A stretch of 64,000 nucleotides of DNA from an uncultured Gemmatimonadota bacterium (GTDB lineage: Bacteria; SM23-81; DAOVCL01). Shown one piece after another: positions 48,661 through 58,641 of the stretch (positions within the stretch are counted from its first letter, which is position 1; each line of letters starts with the position of its first letter). The position numbers and the translations under genes were made by a program. The DNA lies in NCBI GenBank assembly GCA_964626665.1, contig CAZVGK010000003.1, forward strand, positions 85,277-149,276. The letters are read 5' to 3'. The notes under the pieces were generated by a model. It did not search any database. It saw only the letters and a program-made list of their open reading frames with translations, and was not told the DNA's origin.

Positions 48661-49341
48661 TTAGGACCCAACAGTGATGGCAAAGGCTCCAATCCCCCAA
48701 CAAACTGCTGAAATGGTAATGCAGGTAGCATAACCAAAAGTTGGTTTTGTCGTCAGCAGATGAACCATAGCTGGCCGGAGTTTTATCCCCACCAAATATC
48801 CAACAGGTAAGAAAATGGCTGAGAAAACCATCCAAACAAGGCCCTCTCGCACCATAAACCCCATTGGGCTAAACGAGAGCAGATAAGTGCAGGGCGCCAC
48901 TCTCATCCCCACGAAGTAAAAACTTGCTGCACCAATGAGAGCGGCTAGGGCCCCCACGCCCATTCTCGTATAGACACCTCTATCCATTCTCTCCATTAGA
49001 CCAAGGGCTACCAGGCTGAGGGCAAATGACTCTAACCCCACAGCAATAGATGAGTTTGCTTTGCAGACTATGGAAATGTGCAGAATGGGAATAGAAAGCA
49101 TCTTAAACAACCCAGCAATTAAACCTACCCCCAACAGCATAGTTGGCCTTTTGTAGATAGCCAGAGTTATGCCCATACTGAGCATTCCCATACCCACGAG
49201 CAAACCAGCATGATAGGGAAAATCGATAGCCCGCAGGCCAGATCCAAGAACAACCTCAAAGAATCCCCAAATAGAACCAAAGAGCAAAATCCCCATAACA
49301 ACAGGGAATCCACCTTGCCATTTGCTAACTTCTGTGCTCAT
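48661..49341 (-). CDS. Polytopic membrane protein of unknown function (about 7 TM)
   Basis: Strongly hydrophobic helices. The start is placed at MSTEVSKW, which has the perfect RBS gggaggagag upstream. Confidence 0.55.
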   Translation of the reverse strand: MSTEVSKWQGGFPVVMGILLFGSIWGFFEVVLGSGLRAIDFPYHAGLLVGMGMLSMGITLAIYKRPTMLLGVGLIAGLFKMLSIPILHISIVCKANSSIAVGLESFALSLVALGLMERMDRGVYTRMGVGALAALIGAASFYFVGMRVAPCTYLLSFSPMGFMVREGLVWMVFSAIFLPVGYLVGIKLRPAMVHLLTTKPTFGYATCITISAVCWGIGAFAITVGS

Positions 49342-50237
49342 CTCTCCTCCCTCTAAATTTCCGATTTTATCCTTTTTGAGCAAGACATATGAGAAGTTTT
49401 CCCTCCCCACCCCATCTCTCGACTGGCCTATAATAAGAAATGTTCATTAACCTGTCAAGCTTTCTTGGATGAATAGTTACTACTGAGACCACTAATCAGA
49501 TTACCCATCATTGCGAGGCTTGCACTGAGCTGCAGCGAGGCGGCAAGCCAAAGCAATCTCCAGCAACTACCGCACTTTAGTGGGGGGGGATATTATGGAG
49601 TGCGTCAACTTCCGTTGACGCATGCTGTGACAGGGCCACAGCACTCCAAAGGGGCTAAAGCCCTCTTAACCCCCGGCTAAAGCCGGGTAGAAGTTGTGGG
49701 AGGCATCTCCCAATGCTGATGCAAGCCAAGGCCAGGAGACCCCTCCCACCCAACCAATGACCCTCCTCGCAATGACCAATGAAATACCAATATGCAGACT
49801 ACAATGTGACCCGAGTAATAATTATCCTTCATTTTTCTGGGATCCCGCTTCTTAAACAATCCCTTCGCTCAGCTTCGGCATTAAACGCTTGACTTTAACC
49901 AAAGATGGGGCTAACTTTCAGTTAGGGGATTACTTGAATTTCCAGATGAACCAAGTATAGGGGAAGAGTAAATTGCTTCAGGAAAAGAACCTTTCTCCCC
50001 TAAGCCATAAACCACAGAGGTCAGAGATCAGTTTACGGGAATCAGGGATCAGCCGTCAGCGGTCAGCAATTCGTCAGTTATCGGTTATCAGTTGTTAGGG
50101 GTTCCCCCCTGATCCCTGCTTCTTCATTCCTGTAAACTGACCCCTGGCTGCTGCAAACTGACCTCTTTGCCTAAAGTGACGCTCACCTCTTTTTAAACCT
50201 TTTGCCCAATATGGTTTCCTAATCTTAAGGAGGGAAG

Positions 50238-50753
50238 ATGGATGTCTTCGAAGCTATAAAAACCCGGCGGAGTATTCAGGAATACAAGGACAAAAAAGTA
50301 GAGGAGGAAAAGTTGCAAAGGATCCTGGAGGCCGGGAGACTTGCCCCTTCGGCAAAGAACATTCAGGAACGGAGGTTTATAGTCGTGAGGGACAAGGGGA
50401 CCAGGGAGAAACTGGCCCAAGCGGCGCGCAACCAATCCTTTGTGGCCCAAGCGCCAGTCTGCATAATTGGTTGTGCCGCAATCGCCGACTACCGGATGAC
50501 CTGCGGCCAGAAGGCGTATCCCATCGATGTGGCTATAGCTGTTGACCATATGACCCTGGTAGCTGTGGAAGAAGGGCTGGGCACCTGTTGGATTGGCGCC
50601 TTCTTTGAGGATCAAGTTAAGGATATCCTCAAGATACCGGATGATATAAGGGTAGTGACCCTCCTCTCCCTTGGCTATCCAAGTTTTCAACCTCCTGCGA
50701 AGTCCAGGCTTCCCACGGAGAAGATCATCTGTAGGGAAAGATGGAAATGGTGA
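50238..50753 (+). CDS. Nitroreductase family protein
   Basis: RRSIQEY...LEAGRLAPSAKNIQ nitroreductase signature. Confidence 0.85.
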   Translation: MDVFEAIKTRRSIQEYKDKKVEEEKLQRILEAGRLAPSAKNIQERRFIVVRDKGTREKLAQAARNQSFVAQAPVCIIGCAAIADYRMTCGQKAYPIDVAIAVDHMTLVAVEEGLGTCWIGAFFEDQVKDILKIPDDIRVVTLLSLGYPSFQPPAKSRLPTEKIICRERWKW

Positions 50754-50807
50754 AGAAATGATTTGACAACCAGCAATCGAAGTGCTAATTTGTCTCTTGC
50801 TGATTAA

Positions 50808-51575
50808 ATGGGGGACGCTATGAGAAAAATTTGGATAATAGCCTTGCTATCATTATTGCTGTGGCCCAATCTCTCCGGAGGACAGGATATTCAGCCGAGA
50901 AAATTGGTGGATTGTCCCACTGCAGGGCTTCTTCCCAAGGGCAGTTTCGACTTAGAAGTTAGGGCCTATTCCGGTGGAGGACTTCTGGCCCAGGCCTCTG
51001 TCGGCCTTACCGATAGGTTAGCTATGGGGCTCTCCTTCGGCGGGGGCAATATAATCGGTGCCGGCAAGATAGATTGGAATCCCAGGCCCGAGGCCCAGAT
51101 AAAATATAGGCTCTTTGAGGAGTCACCCCTCTGGCCAGCAGTGGCCATAGGCTTCGATTCCCAGGGCTATGGGAGCTACTCGGATAGCTCGGAGAGATAT
51201 GAGATAAAATCCAAAGGAGCCTATGGAGTGCTCAGCAAGAACTACCATCTCGGGGGAAGACCTCTTGGTCTCCACTTCGGGGCTTATTATAGCTTCGAAA
51301 AAAAGGATGGCGATGATGACCCCTCTTTCTTCCTTGGTTTGGATAAAAGCCTGAATGAGGAGCTTTCCCTGGTAGCTGAATATGATTTAGCGTTAAATGA
51401 CGACCGCCAAAACGGTGTTTTTGGCACTGGGAGGGGATATTTAAATATGGGAATTAGATGGAACATTGAAAAAAGATTCTTCTTTGAGCTGGACCTCAGG
51501 AACCTCACCGATAACATAGAGAATCTATCTGGCTTTGCCCGGGAACTGAGAATAGTCACTCTGCAATTCTTTTAA
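50808..51575 (+). CDS. Outer-membrane beta-barrel protein (signal peptide, C-terminal Phe)
   Basis: IWIIALLSLLLWPNLSG signal, alternating beta-strand pattern, ends ...LQFF. Confidence 0.55.
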   Translation: MGDAMRKIWIIALLSLLLWPNLSGGQDIQPRKLVDCPTAGLLPKGSFDLEVRAYSGGGLLAQASVGLTDRLAMGLSFGGGNIIGAGKIDWNPRPEAQIKYRLFEESPLWPAVAIGFDSQGYGSYSDSSERYEIKSKGAYGVLSKNYHLGGRPLGLHFGAYYSFEKKDGDDDPSFFLGLDKSLNEELSLVAEYDLALNDDRQNGVFGTGRGYLNMGIRWNIEKRFFFELDLRNLTDNIENLSGFARELRIVTLQFF

Positions 51576-51709
51576 TCTGCCTTAATCCATTGAATTTAGG
51601 TATGGAGTAGTTAAGGTTAAAGACAATCCAATTCTGTCTTCCCAAGACGATGGGCAAACGTAGCCAATGGGGGCTACTAAGATAGTAAATTCAAACTCGG
51701 AGAAATATC

Positions 51710-51934
51710 ATGAAAGAGGAACAAAAACTTCAGATGATTAACGAAATCAAACGGATTGAACGCCAACTTTACCTGAAAAGAAGTCAGCTTGCATCCACTG
51801 AAACTATTGATGATATACCCGCTCCTGCGTATGGGTTAGATCATAGACTATGGAAAACACTGATTAAGGATATAGGCAAACTCTCTATCGGAGGCAACAG
51901 TGTTGAGGACATCAGAAAGGTGCGTCAGAAATGA
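51710..51934 (+). CDS. Putative antitoxin (VapB-like) partner of the PIN toxin
   Basis: 74-aa ORF with a 4-nt overlap to the downstream PIN-domain gene. Confidence 0.5.
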   Translation: MKEEQKLQMINEIKRIERQLYLKRSQLASTETIDDIPAPAYGLDHRLWKTLIKDIGKLSIGGNSVEDIRKVRQK

Positions 51935-52353
51935 AGCTGGTCATTGATAGTAATATCTTTATCAGTAGTCTTGACCCAAATGACATTTTTCATTCTGAAT
52001 GCTATCCCATTTTTGAGAGGATACTAAATCTTGAAATAGAAGCTTTATGTCCCACTCTTGTATTAGTTGAGACGGCATGTGCTCTACGCAGAAGAACTAA
52101 TAATGAGGAGATCGCCCACAAAATCTATAAAAACTTGGCTCTTTTGCCCTCTATAAATTGGTTGGATATAACGCTTGAAGTCGCGGAGAGGGCTTGTATG
52201 TTAGGTGTTAAATCTGGATTAAGCGGAGGTGATGCCGTAGTTTTACAAGTAGCCGAACAGTACGGTATTCCCCTTCTAACCAAAGATAAAGAGATGAAAG
52301 AGAAGGCACTGAAGAATATTCTCATATTTGAACCGGTAGATATGGCTTTGTAG
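51931..52353 (+). CDS. vapC: PIN-domain ribonuclease toxin (VapC family)
   Basis: LVIDSNIFI (Asp 6) and the conserved acidic residues of the PIN fold (..E..., SGGDAVV). Confidence 0.75.
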   Translation: MKLVIDSNIFISSLDPNDIFHSECYPIFERILNLEIEALCPTLVLVETACALRRRTNNEEIAHKIYKNLALLPSINWLDITLEVAERACMLGVKSGLSGGDAVVLQVAEQYGIPLLTKDKEMKEKALKNILIFEPVDMAL

Positions 52354-52610
52354 GAGAATTAAACAACGTTAGAGGTAAAGCTCACATTGTATGATTTCAC
52401 GACGATTATTTTTCAGCATAGGTTTGCCCGGTAGAGGGATGACTCCTAAAGCTCGGTATAGTGCGTCGCATCGAGGCATTGTTGCAAATGGCAACCAAAC
52501 ATACAAGAGCAATACCCCTTTAGGAGTATGCCTAAGGAACATTACAGTTAATCCAGTGTAAAAACATATTTCGCAATCGCCTTTTTAGGAAAGAAATTTG
52601 CAATTTAGAG

Positions 52611-52781
52611 CCCACATTCCGGAAAATCAAATTTTGGATTCGTAACTTATTGATTTTCAAAGACAAATTTTCTAGATTTTTATGGACTACATTTCAATTG
52701 CCGGTTATTAAAAAACTACCTAATTGGTTGATTTTTCCGTAGTTGTTCGTATTTGACCTTAAATTTTTTCCGGAATGTGGG
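52611..52781. mobile_element. MITE with perfect 16-bp terminal inverted repeats and 6-bp target-site duplication, inserted upstream of hypA
   Basis: TIRs cccacattccggaaaa (52611-52626) and ttttccggaatgtggg (52766-52781). Flanking direct repeat ttagag at 52605-52610 and 52782-52787. AT-rich 139-bp interior. Confidence 0.7.
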
Positions 52782-52795
52782 TTAGAGGAGAACCT

Positions 52796-53209
52796 ATGCA
52801 TGAATGGGCATTGGCGGAGGCAGTAGTTTCCACAGCACTCAAGGTAGCTAAAGAGGAGCAACTTCGGGAGATCACCAAGATTAAGGTTAAAATGGGTGAG
52901 TTGCAGCAAATAGACAGGAAAATATTTACCTCTGCCCTAAAAGAGATTATTCTCCCCCAAGAGGAGATGTTGAAAAACGCCCAGATAGAGATTGAAGCAG
53001 AAAAAGCCGCTTTTCAATGTCGGGTTTGTGGGCATGAGTGGACATATGCCGAGGCAAAAGATCAATTAGATGAAGAGGAATCGGAGTCCATCCACTTCAT
53101 CCCGGAAATCTCCCATTGTTACCTCAGGTGTCCCCAATGCAAGAGCCCAGACTTCAAGGTGATTAAAGGGAGAGGTGTCTGGATAGATTCGATAGAAGGG
53201 GAACAATAG
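52796..53209 (+). CDS. hypA: Hydrogenase nickel-insertion protein HypA
   Basis: MHEWALAEAVV N-terminus; CRVCGHEW...CPQC zinc finger. The start is at 52796, not the caller's 52775. Confidence 0.8.
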   Translation: MHEWALAEAVVSTALKVAKEEQLREITKIKVKMGELQQIDRKIFTSALKEIILPQEEMLKNAQIEIEAEKAAFQCRVCGHEWTYAEAKDQLDEEESESIHFIPEISHCYLRCPQCKSPDFKVIKGRGVWIDSIEGEQ

Positions 53210-53962
53210 GTGGATCCAAGGTTGGAAGTCATCGACAAAAGGCTCAGCGGGGTGAAGAGGGTGATTGCCGTCACCGGAGGCAAGGGGGGAATTGGAAAGA
53301 GCTTGGTTGCCTCTACTTTGGCAATGATCCTGTCCCAAATGAACCATAGGGTCGGCCTCTTGGATCTGGACTTCTCCGGGCCATCGACAGATTTGATCTT
53401 GGGAATTGAGGGAATTTACCCAAAGGAGGAGAAAGGAATTATTCCACCTGAAATTTATGGCATTAGGTTTATGTCGGTCATCTATTATGCCCAGGACAAC
53501 CCCGCACCCCTAAGGGGCATTGACATCTCCAATGCCTTAGTTGAACTGCTGGCCATTACCCAATGGGGTAAACTGGATTTCCTCATTATTGATATGCCAC
53601 CCGGCATCGGAGATGCCACCTTAGATACCATTCGCCTGATGAAAAGGGCTGAATTTCTTGCATTAACTATACCCTCGAAAGTAGCCTTGGGAACGGTAAA
53701 AAAAATGCTGTCGATGCTGAAAGAGCTTAATTTGCCCATCATTGGCCTCCTGGAAAATATGAAGACCAGAAATTCAATATCAATAGAGGAAAAGATAAGC
53801 GGGTTTGACATCCCCTATTTGGGGGCAATAGATTTTGATGAAAACCTGGAGAGCTCGTTAGGAGATGGAAACAGGCTCTTAGAAACAGCCTTTGCCCGAA
53901 GGCTAAGGGAGATCCTCTTAGGAGCTCCACAATTTAAATTGGCCACAACAGAATTTATCTGA
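53210..53962 (+). CDS. Mrp/NBP35/MinD-family P-loop ATPase (archaeal-type HypB-like partner of HypA)
   Basis: Deviant Walker A VTGGKGGIGKS, Walker B FLIIDMPPG. Immediately follows hypA. Confidence 0.7.
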   Translation: MDPRLEVIDKRLSGVKRVIAVTGGKGGIGKSLVASTLAMILSQMNHRVGLLDLDFSGPSTDLILGIEGIYPKEEKGIIPPEIYGIRFMSVIYYAQDNPAPLRGIDISNALVELLAITQWGKLDFLIIDMPPGIGDATLDTIRLMKRAEFLALTIPSKVALGTVKKMLSMLKELNLPIIGLLENMKTRNSISIEEKISGFDIPYLGAIDFDENLESSLGDGNRLLETAFARRLREILLGAPQFKLATTEFI

Positions 53963-54325
53963 CAGGATGAACAGGATTTACATGGTTTTTTTTATCCTGA
54001 CAATCCCATATATCCTGTCTAAAAAAGGAATTTTTTCTGCTATGAAGTTTAATTCGGATTATTTATTCATAAGTTTCTGCTCAGATCCTCCGAGCCACCA
54101 ATGATTGAGCGGTCAGATGCCCTCATCTGACCGTTATCGGCCAGCCATCAAGTTCCTTTACTTAACGGCACGGGGGTGGGTGGCAGAATCGGGGTTCTGC
54201 CACCTTGGCTTTGGGATGAACTGTTCGGGATAGACAGGTCCTTGTAAATAATTAAGTTTAAAACCGTTTCGGGTTTATAACCCGCAAGAATGCAACTAAA
54301 CCTTTAAAACCTAGGAGGTGATCCA

Positions 54326-54826
54326 ATGAACCTGAAGAGATACCTCCTCTTACTGGTTCTCATTTTTATCCCCTTGTCCATCTTCGGCTGTTATACCACC
54401 TTCCGTCCACCAAAGGCAGGAACCCAACAAGAGTATATTGAGCAGCAGCCCGAGGCCAGCTACTACTATGAACATCACCACTATTTCCATTGGGATTCCT
54501 TCTATGATCCCTACTGGTTCTACTACCCTTCCCGATATAGTTGGTGGAGATACTATTATGGCTATCCCTGGTGGTGGGATGATTGGTATTGGACACACTG
54601 GTATGACCCCCCAGAGAGCTACCATAAAGAGGAGGGTGAAAGGCTGGAGAGAAGGAGGGGGTTGACCACACCTCCACCAGGATGGGGTGAACCCCCCAAG
54701 CCACCTTCAACCCCCGTCTATATCTCTCCTCAAAAGGAGAAGAAAAGTCCACCACCACCACCAAAGAAGAAGGAAGAAAAGAAGGAGAAGGAAAAAAAGA
54801 GGCCAACAAGAAGGCGAGGATTATAG
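54326..54826 (+). CDS. Lipoprotein with an extremely Tyr/Trp/His-rich core and Pro/Lys/Glu-rich tail
   Basis: AGGAGG RBS 7 nt upstream. Signal plus lipobox (LSIFGC). Residues 45-100 read YYYEHHHYFHWDSFYDPYWFYYPSRYSWWRYYYGYPWWWDDWYWTHWYDPP. Confidence 0.6.
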   Translation: MNLKRYLLLLVLIFIPLSIFGCYTTFRPPKAGTQQEYIEQQPEASYYYEHHHYFHWDSFYDPYWFYYPSRYSWWRYYYGYPWWWDDWYWTHWYDPPESYHKEEGERLERRRGLTTPPPGWGEPPKPPSTPVYISPQKEKKSPPPPPKKKEEKKEKEKKRPTRRRGL

Positions 54827-54828
54827 GG

Positions 54829-56103
54829 ATGACTCCGAGAAAATTGTTACTCATTTCCCTTTTCCTCCTCCCTTGGATAGGGACCTTTTTTGCTCAGGGT
54901 GGTCTCAGCGACCTTCCACCAGAGGAATCCAGTGTAGACAACTTCTTGGGTTTGGGGGCAAGGGCAATGGGGATGGGTGGGGCACACATCGCTGTGGCGG
55001 AGGATTTTTCCGCCCTCTGGTGGAACCCAGCCGGATTAGCCAAGATAAGGAGGATCGAGCTCTCTGGTGGTTTGATCTATGAAAAGGAGAGAAGTAGAAC
55101 CCTTTTTTATAACTATGGGAAAGGGAAAACGGATTCCCATACCAGGTTGGCCTCAGGAGGTATAGCGGTGCCTATTCCCACCTATCGGGGGAGTCTGGTC
55201 TTTTCAGTGGGATTCAACCGACCAAAGAGCTTTGATTCCTTCCTAAAATTCAAGGGAAGGTCCCCAGAGGAGGGCTTTTGGCAAGAGGGACTTGAGTTAA
55301 AATCGGGTGGTCTTTATAATTGGGGATTGGGAGGGGCAATCGACCTCTCCCCTTTCCTCTCTGCCGGGGCCACAATTATGCTTTGGAGAGGGGAAGAGGA
55401 TTATACTTGGGATATGGCCAAGAATATACCTAACGGTCAGGGGAATATTTTACAGGCGGTAAACAATCGGGATCATTTCTTAGATGACTACAACGGCATA
55501 AACTTAAAGTTGGGCCTCCTCTTTCGTGCTAATCGTTATATAATTTTTGGTGGAACCTTAGAGGCTCCTTTAAAGCTTACCATAGAGCAGGACTGGACAT
55601 CCCAGACCGACTCCCTTTTCAACAATGATTCCACCATCTCAGCAGAGGATTATGGCTATTACAAATACAAGTTTAGGCTCCCTTATGAGTTCTGTCTGGG
55701 AGCACGGCTTACCCTCCCCTACCTGATTTTGGCCGCCGATTTGAACTACACAGATTGGTCAGAAACGGAGTATAAATATCCACCTGAGGATGTAAGTGCT
55801 TTTAACCCATATATGGGCGATGTCTACCGGGATATTCTCAGTTGGCACTTAGGGGCAGAGGCCTTGGTGCCTAAGGCAGGAGTTAAGCTGAGGCTTGGCT
55901 ACTACCAGGATCCATTGCCCTACAGGTTAGAGGAGATAAAAAACAACAGGGATTACCTCACCTTTGGTGTGGGTTTTCTGATGGGCAAAGTGATGACCCT
56001 GGATGTTGCCCTGGTGTATGGACTCTGGGAAACCTCTTTCCAGGGCTTGGACGAAAGCTACAGTGTAAATCGTTTGTTTATCACCACTGCTTACAGGTTT
56101 TAG
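54829..56103 (+). CDS. FadL/PorV-like outer-membrane beta-barrel protein
   Basis: Signal peptide; GARAMGMGGAHIAVAEDFSALWWNPAGLA N-terminal motif; C-terminal ...TTAYRF. ATGA overlap with the upstream lipoprotein gene. Confidence 0.55.
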   Translation: MTPRKLLLISLFLLPWIGTFFAQGGLSDLPPEESSVDNFLGLGARAMGMGGAHIAVAEDFSALWWNPAGLAKIRRIELSGGLIYEKERSRTLFYNYGKGKTDSHTRLASGGIAVPIPTYRGSLVFSVGFNRPKSFDSFLKFKGRSPEEGFWQEGLELKSGGLYNWGLGGAIDLSPFLSAGATIMLWRGEEDYTWDMAKNIPNGQGNILQAVNNRDHFLDDYNGINLKLGLLFRANRYIIFGGTLEAPLKLTIEQDWTSQTDSLFNNDSTISAEDYGYYKYKFRLPYEFCLGARLTLPYLILAADLNYTDWSETEYKYPPEDVSAFNPYMGDVYRDILSWHLGAEALVPKAGVKLRLGYYQDPLPYRLEEIKNNRDYLTFGVGFLMGKVMTLDVALVYGLWETSFQGLDESYSVNRLFITTAYRF

Positions 56104-56474
56104 CGAGGCTTCGAATCAGAGGATGAAAAAGCTATAACCTCTAACCCGACTTCCGCAGTAAAGGCGCTAAGTGGTTGTAAATTATGAGTTAAATTTTTGT
56201 TGGGCCGTCAGAACCCCGATTCTGACGGCCCAAGGCCCTTCCATTTCCGAGTGGTCAAATGTTTAGCTAACCCCAAGGTGAAGGTTGGCAATTGGGGTTC
56301 TGATGGCTCGGTTAAAACAGGTCAACAAAGCTCTTAATAAGTCTAAAAAATCTCTTTGTGGATGTTAACATCTGCAAGGAACGAGGATCAGGGAGAATCC
56401 ATAACGACTGACAACTGTCTGACTGCTGATCCCTGACCTCTGTGAACTGTTACTTAATTTTTAACAGAATTATT

Positions 56475-57767
56475 ATGTCACTCTTCAAAAAAATTAACAT
56501 TTTGGCTATGGTCACCATCTTTTCCTTGACCCCGCGACTATCTGCCCAAAAAGTAGAGGTTTTGACGGTAAAAGGGGTCATCGATCCCGTTGTGGCCCGT
56601 TATATAACAAACGGCTTCGACCGGGCGGAGAAAGATGGAGCCGAGCTCGTGATCATAAAGTTGGACACCCCCGGGGGGCTGATGGAGTCAATGGAGAGCA
56701 TCACCCAGAAGATGCTTAACTCCCCGATTCCCTCTGTGGTCTATGTCTGGCCCCAGGGGGCAAGGGCGGCATCAGCAGGCGTCTTCATTACCTATGCCGC
56801 CGACATCGCCGCTATGGCCCCCAGCACAAACATCGGGGCCGCCCATCCGGTAACTATGGGCCAGAAGGCAGATAGCACAATGATGGAGAAAATCACCAAT
56901 GATGCCGTGGCCCGTATAAAGGGTATGGCCAATAAGAGAGGGAGAAATGCGGAATGGGCCGAAAGGTCGGTGCGCAAGAGCGTTTCCATCACCTCGGATG
57001 AGGCCCTGAAACTGAATGTAATAAACCTGATCGCCGCAAATATGAGTGAGCTCTTAGACAAACTTGATGGAATGCAACTAAAGAGAGATGACCAGGAAGT
57101 AGTCATCAGAACGAAGAGAGCCCATCTCAGGGAAAAGGAGATGAATCCTGTGGAGAAACTTCTACATACCATAGCCAACCCCAATATAGCTTATATCCTT
57201 CTCCTTTTCGGTGTTCTTGGCCTCATCTATGAGTTCCACACCCCAGGTGTGGGCTTCCCCGGGGTAGTAGGGATGATCTGTCTTATCCTGGCCTTTTTCT
57301 CCCTTCAGGTCTTGCCCATAAACCTTGCCGGGTTGCTACTCATCATTATTGCCATCATCTTCTTTATCCTCGACCTGCAGATAGTAAGCCACGGCATCCT
57401 CACCATCGGGGGGATTATATCCCTTACTATGGGCTCCCTTATGCTCTTCAGCACCCCAGGGAGAACCCCTTACTACCGCCTCTCCCTCGTTTTGGTAATC
57501 TCTGTGGTGGCTGCCACCACCCTCTTCTTCCTCTTTGCCATTACCGCCGGGCTCAGGGCTCAGAGAAGAACACCGGTGACCGGCGAGGAAGGGATGATCG
57601 GTCAAATAGGGGTAACCAAGACAAGGCTCGTCCCTCAAGGGACGGTAATGGTAATAGGAGAACACTGGAATGCAATCTCCTTCGATGGGAAGGCTATAGA
57701 AAAGGGGGAAAGGGTAAAAGTAGTGCAGCTTGAACGAAGGGTAGTTAAGGTAAGGAGAATTCAGTAA
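56475..57767 (+). CDS. NfeD-like membrane-bound ClpP-class serine protease (long form with C-terminal OB domain)
   Basis: ClpP-like N-domain, four TM helices, C-terminal OB fold. Paired with the stomatin gene. Confidence 0.75.
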   Translation: MSLFKKINILAMVTIFSLTPRLSAQKVEVLTVKGVIDPVVARYITNGFDRAEKDGAELVIIKLDTPGGLMESMESITQKMLNSPIPSVVYVWPQGARAASAGVFITYAADIAAMAPSTNIGAAHPVTMGQKADSTMMEKITNDAVARIKGMANKRGRNAEWAERSVRKSVSITSDEALKLNVINLIAANMSELLDKLDGMQLKRDDQEVVIRTKRAHLREKEMNPVEKLLHTIANPNIAYILLLFGVLGLIYEFHTPGVGFPGVVGMICLILAFFSLQVLPINLAGLLLIIIAIIFFILDLQIVSHGILTIGGIISLTMGSLMLFSTPGRTPYYRLSLVLVISVVAATTLFFLFAITAGLRAQRRTPVTGEEGMIGQIGVTKTRLVPQGTVMVIGEHWNAISFDGKAIEKGERVKVVQLERRVVKVRRIQ

Positions 57768-57813
57768 AGGGATTGGGAAATCATTCCTGATCCAAAAAAG
57801 AGGAGGTCACATA

Positions 57814-58578
57814 ATGAGTGCTTTTTGGGTAGGGGTAATTGTGGTCTTAGCTATCATCCTCTCTAAAGCCATCAGGATAGTAAGGGAGTATGAGAGGGGG
57901 GTCATCTTCAGGTTGGGAAGGCTGATCGGGGCCAAAGGGCCAGGCCTCTTCTTCCTTATCCCCATTGTAGACAGGATGATAAAGATCGACTTAAGGACAT
58001 TGACTATGGATGTTCCGGCCCAGGAGGTAATCACCAAGGACAATGTCACGGTAAAGGTAAATGCAGTGGCTTACTTCCGGGTGATGAACCCAAATGATGC
58101 CGTAAACAAGGTAGAGAACTATCTGGTGGCCACCTCCCAGATCGCCCAGACCACCTTGAGGTCTATCTTAGGGCAGGTTGAACTGGACGAGCTTTTGACT
58201 GAAAGGGAGAAGATCAGCCGAAACCTGCAGAAAGTAATAGACGAGCTCACCGACCCTTGGGGGATAAAGGTAAGCGTTGTGGAGATAAAGGATGTGGAAC
58301 TGCCTGAACAGATGAAAAGGGCAATGGCCAAACAGGCTGAGGCAGAGAGGGAGCGGAGGGCCAAGATTATAGCTGCTCAAGGGGAGTTTCAGGCCTCCCA
58401 GAAGCTTTCTGATGCGGCAGCAATCATCTCCCAACATCCGATGGCCCTCCAGCTCAGATTCCTCCAAACCCTCAAAGAGGTGGCCACTGAGAACAACTCT
58501 ACCACCATCTTCCCGATCCCCATCGATCTCTTAGAGCCCTTTTTGGATAGGTTTAAAAAGAAGGAGGAGAAAAAGTAA
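57814..58578 (+). CDS. SPFH/Band-7 (stomatin/prohibitin-like) protein
   Basis: N-terminal TM; [13 protein letters not shown]...; coiled-coil tail. Confidence 0.85.
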   Translation: MSAFWVGVIVVLAIILSKAIRIVREYERGVIFRLGRLIGAKGPGLFFLIPIVDRMIKIDLRTLTMDVPAQEVITKDNVTVKVNAVAYFRVMNPNDAVNKVENYLVATSQIAQTTLRSILGQVELDELLTEREKISRNLQKVIDELTDPWGIKVSVVEIKDVELPEQMKRAMAKQAEAERERRAKIIAAQGEFQASQKLSDAAAIISQHPMALQLRFLQTLKEVATENNSTTIFPIPIDLLEPFLDRFKKKEEKK

Positions 58579-58641
58579 GGCATCGGCCCTTTGGTCTCAG
58601 TTACCTATTGGCTCTGATTTAACCATAAAACCCTGAGGAGG

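Noticed and set aside
52611-52781. Inverted repeat upstream of hypA as a NikR/Fur-type operator pair
   Set aside because: Half-sites are 139 bp apart and flanked by a 6-bp direct duplication (ttagag), which fits a MITE insertion better than a looping operator. Regulatory side-effects remain possible.
54350-55082. Alternative-frame ORFs overlapping the Tyr/Trp-rich lipoprotein gene (54350..54625, 54366..54854, 54438..54665, 54687..55082)
   Set aside because: Compositional bias opens all frames. Only 54326..54826 has an AGGAGG RBS, a signal peptide/lipobox and an ATGA junction to the next gene.
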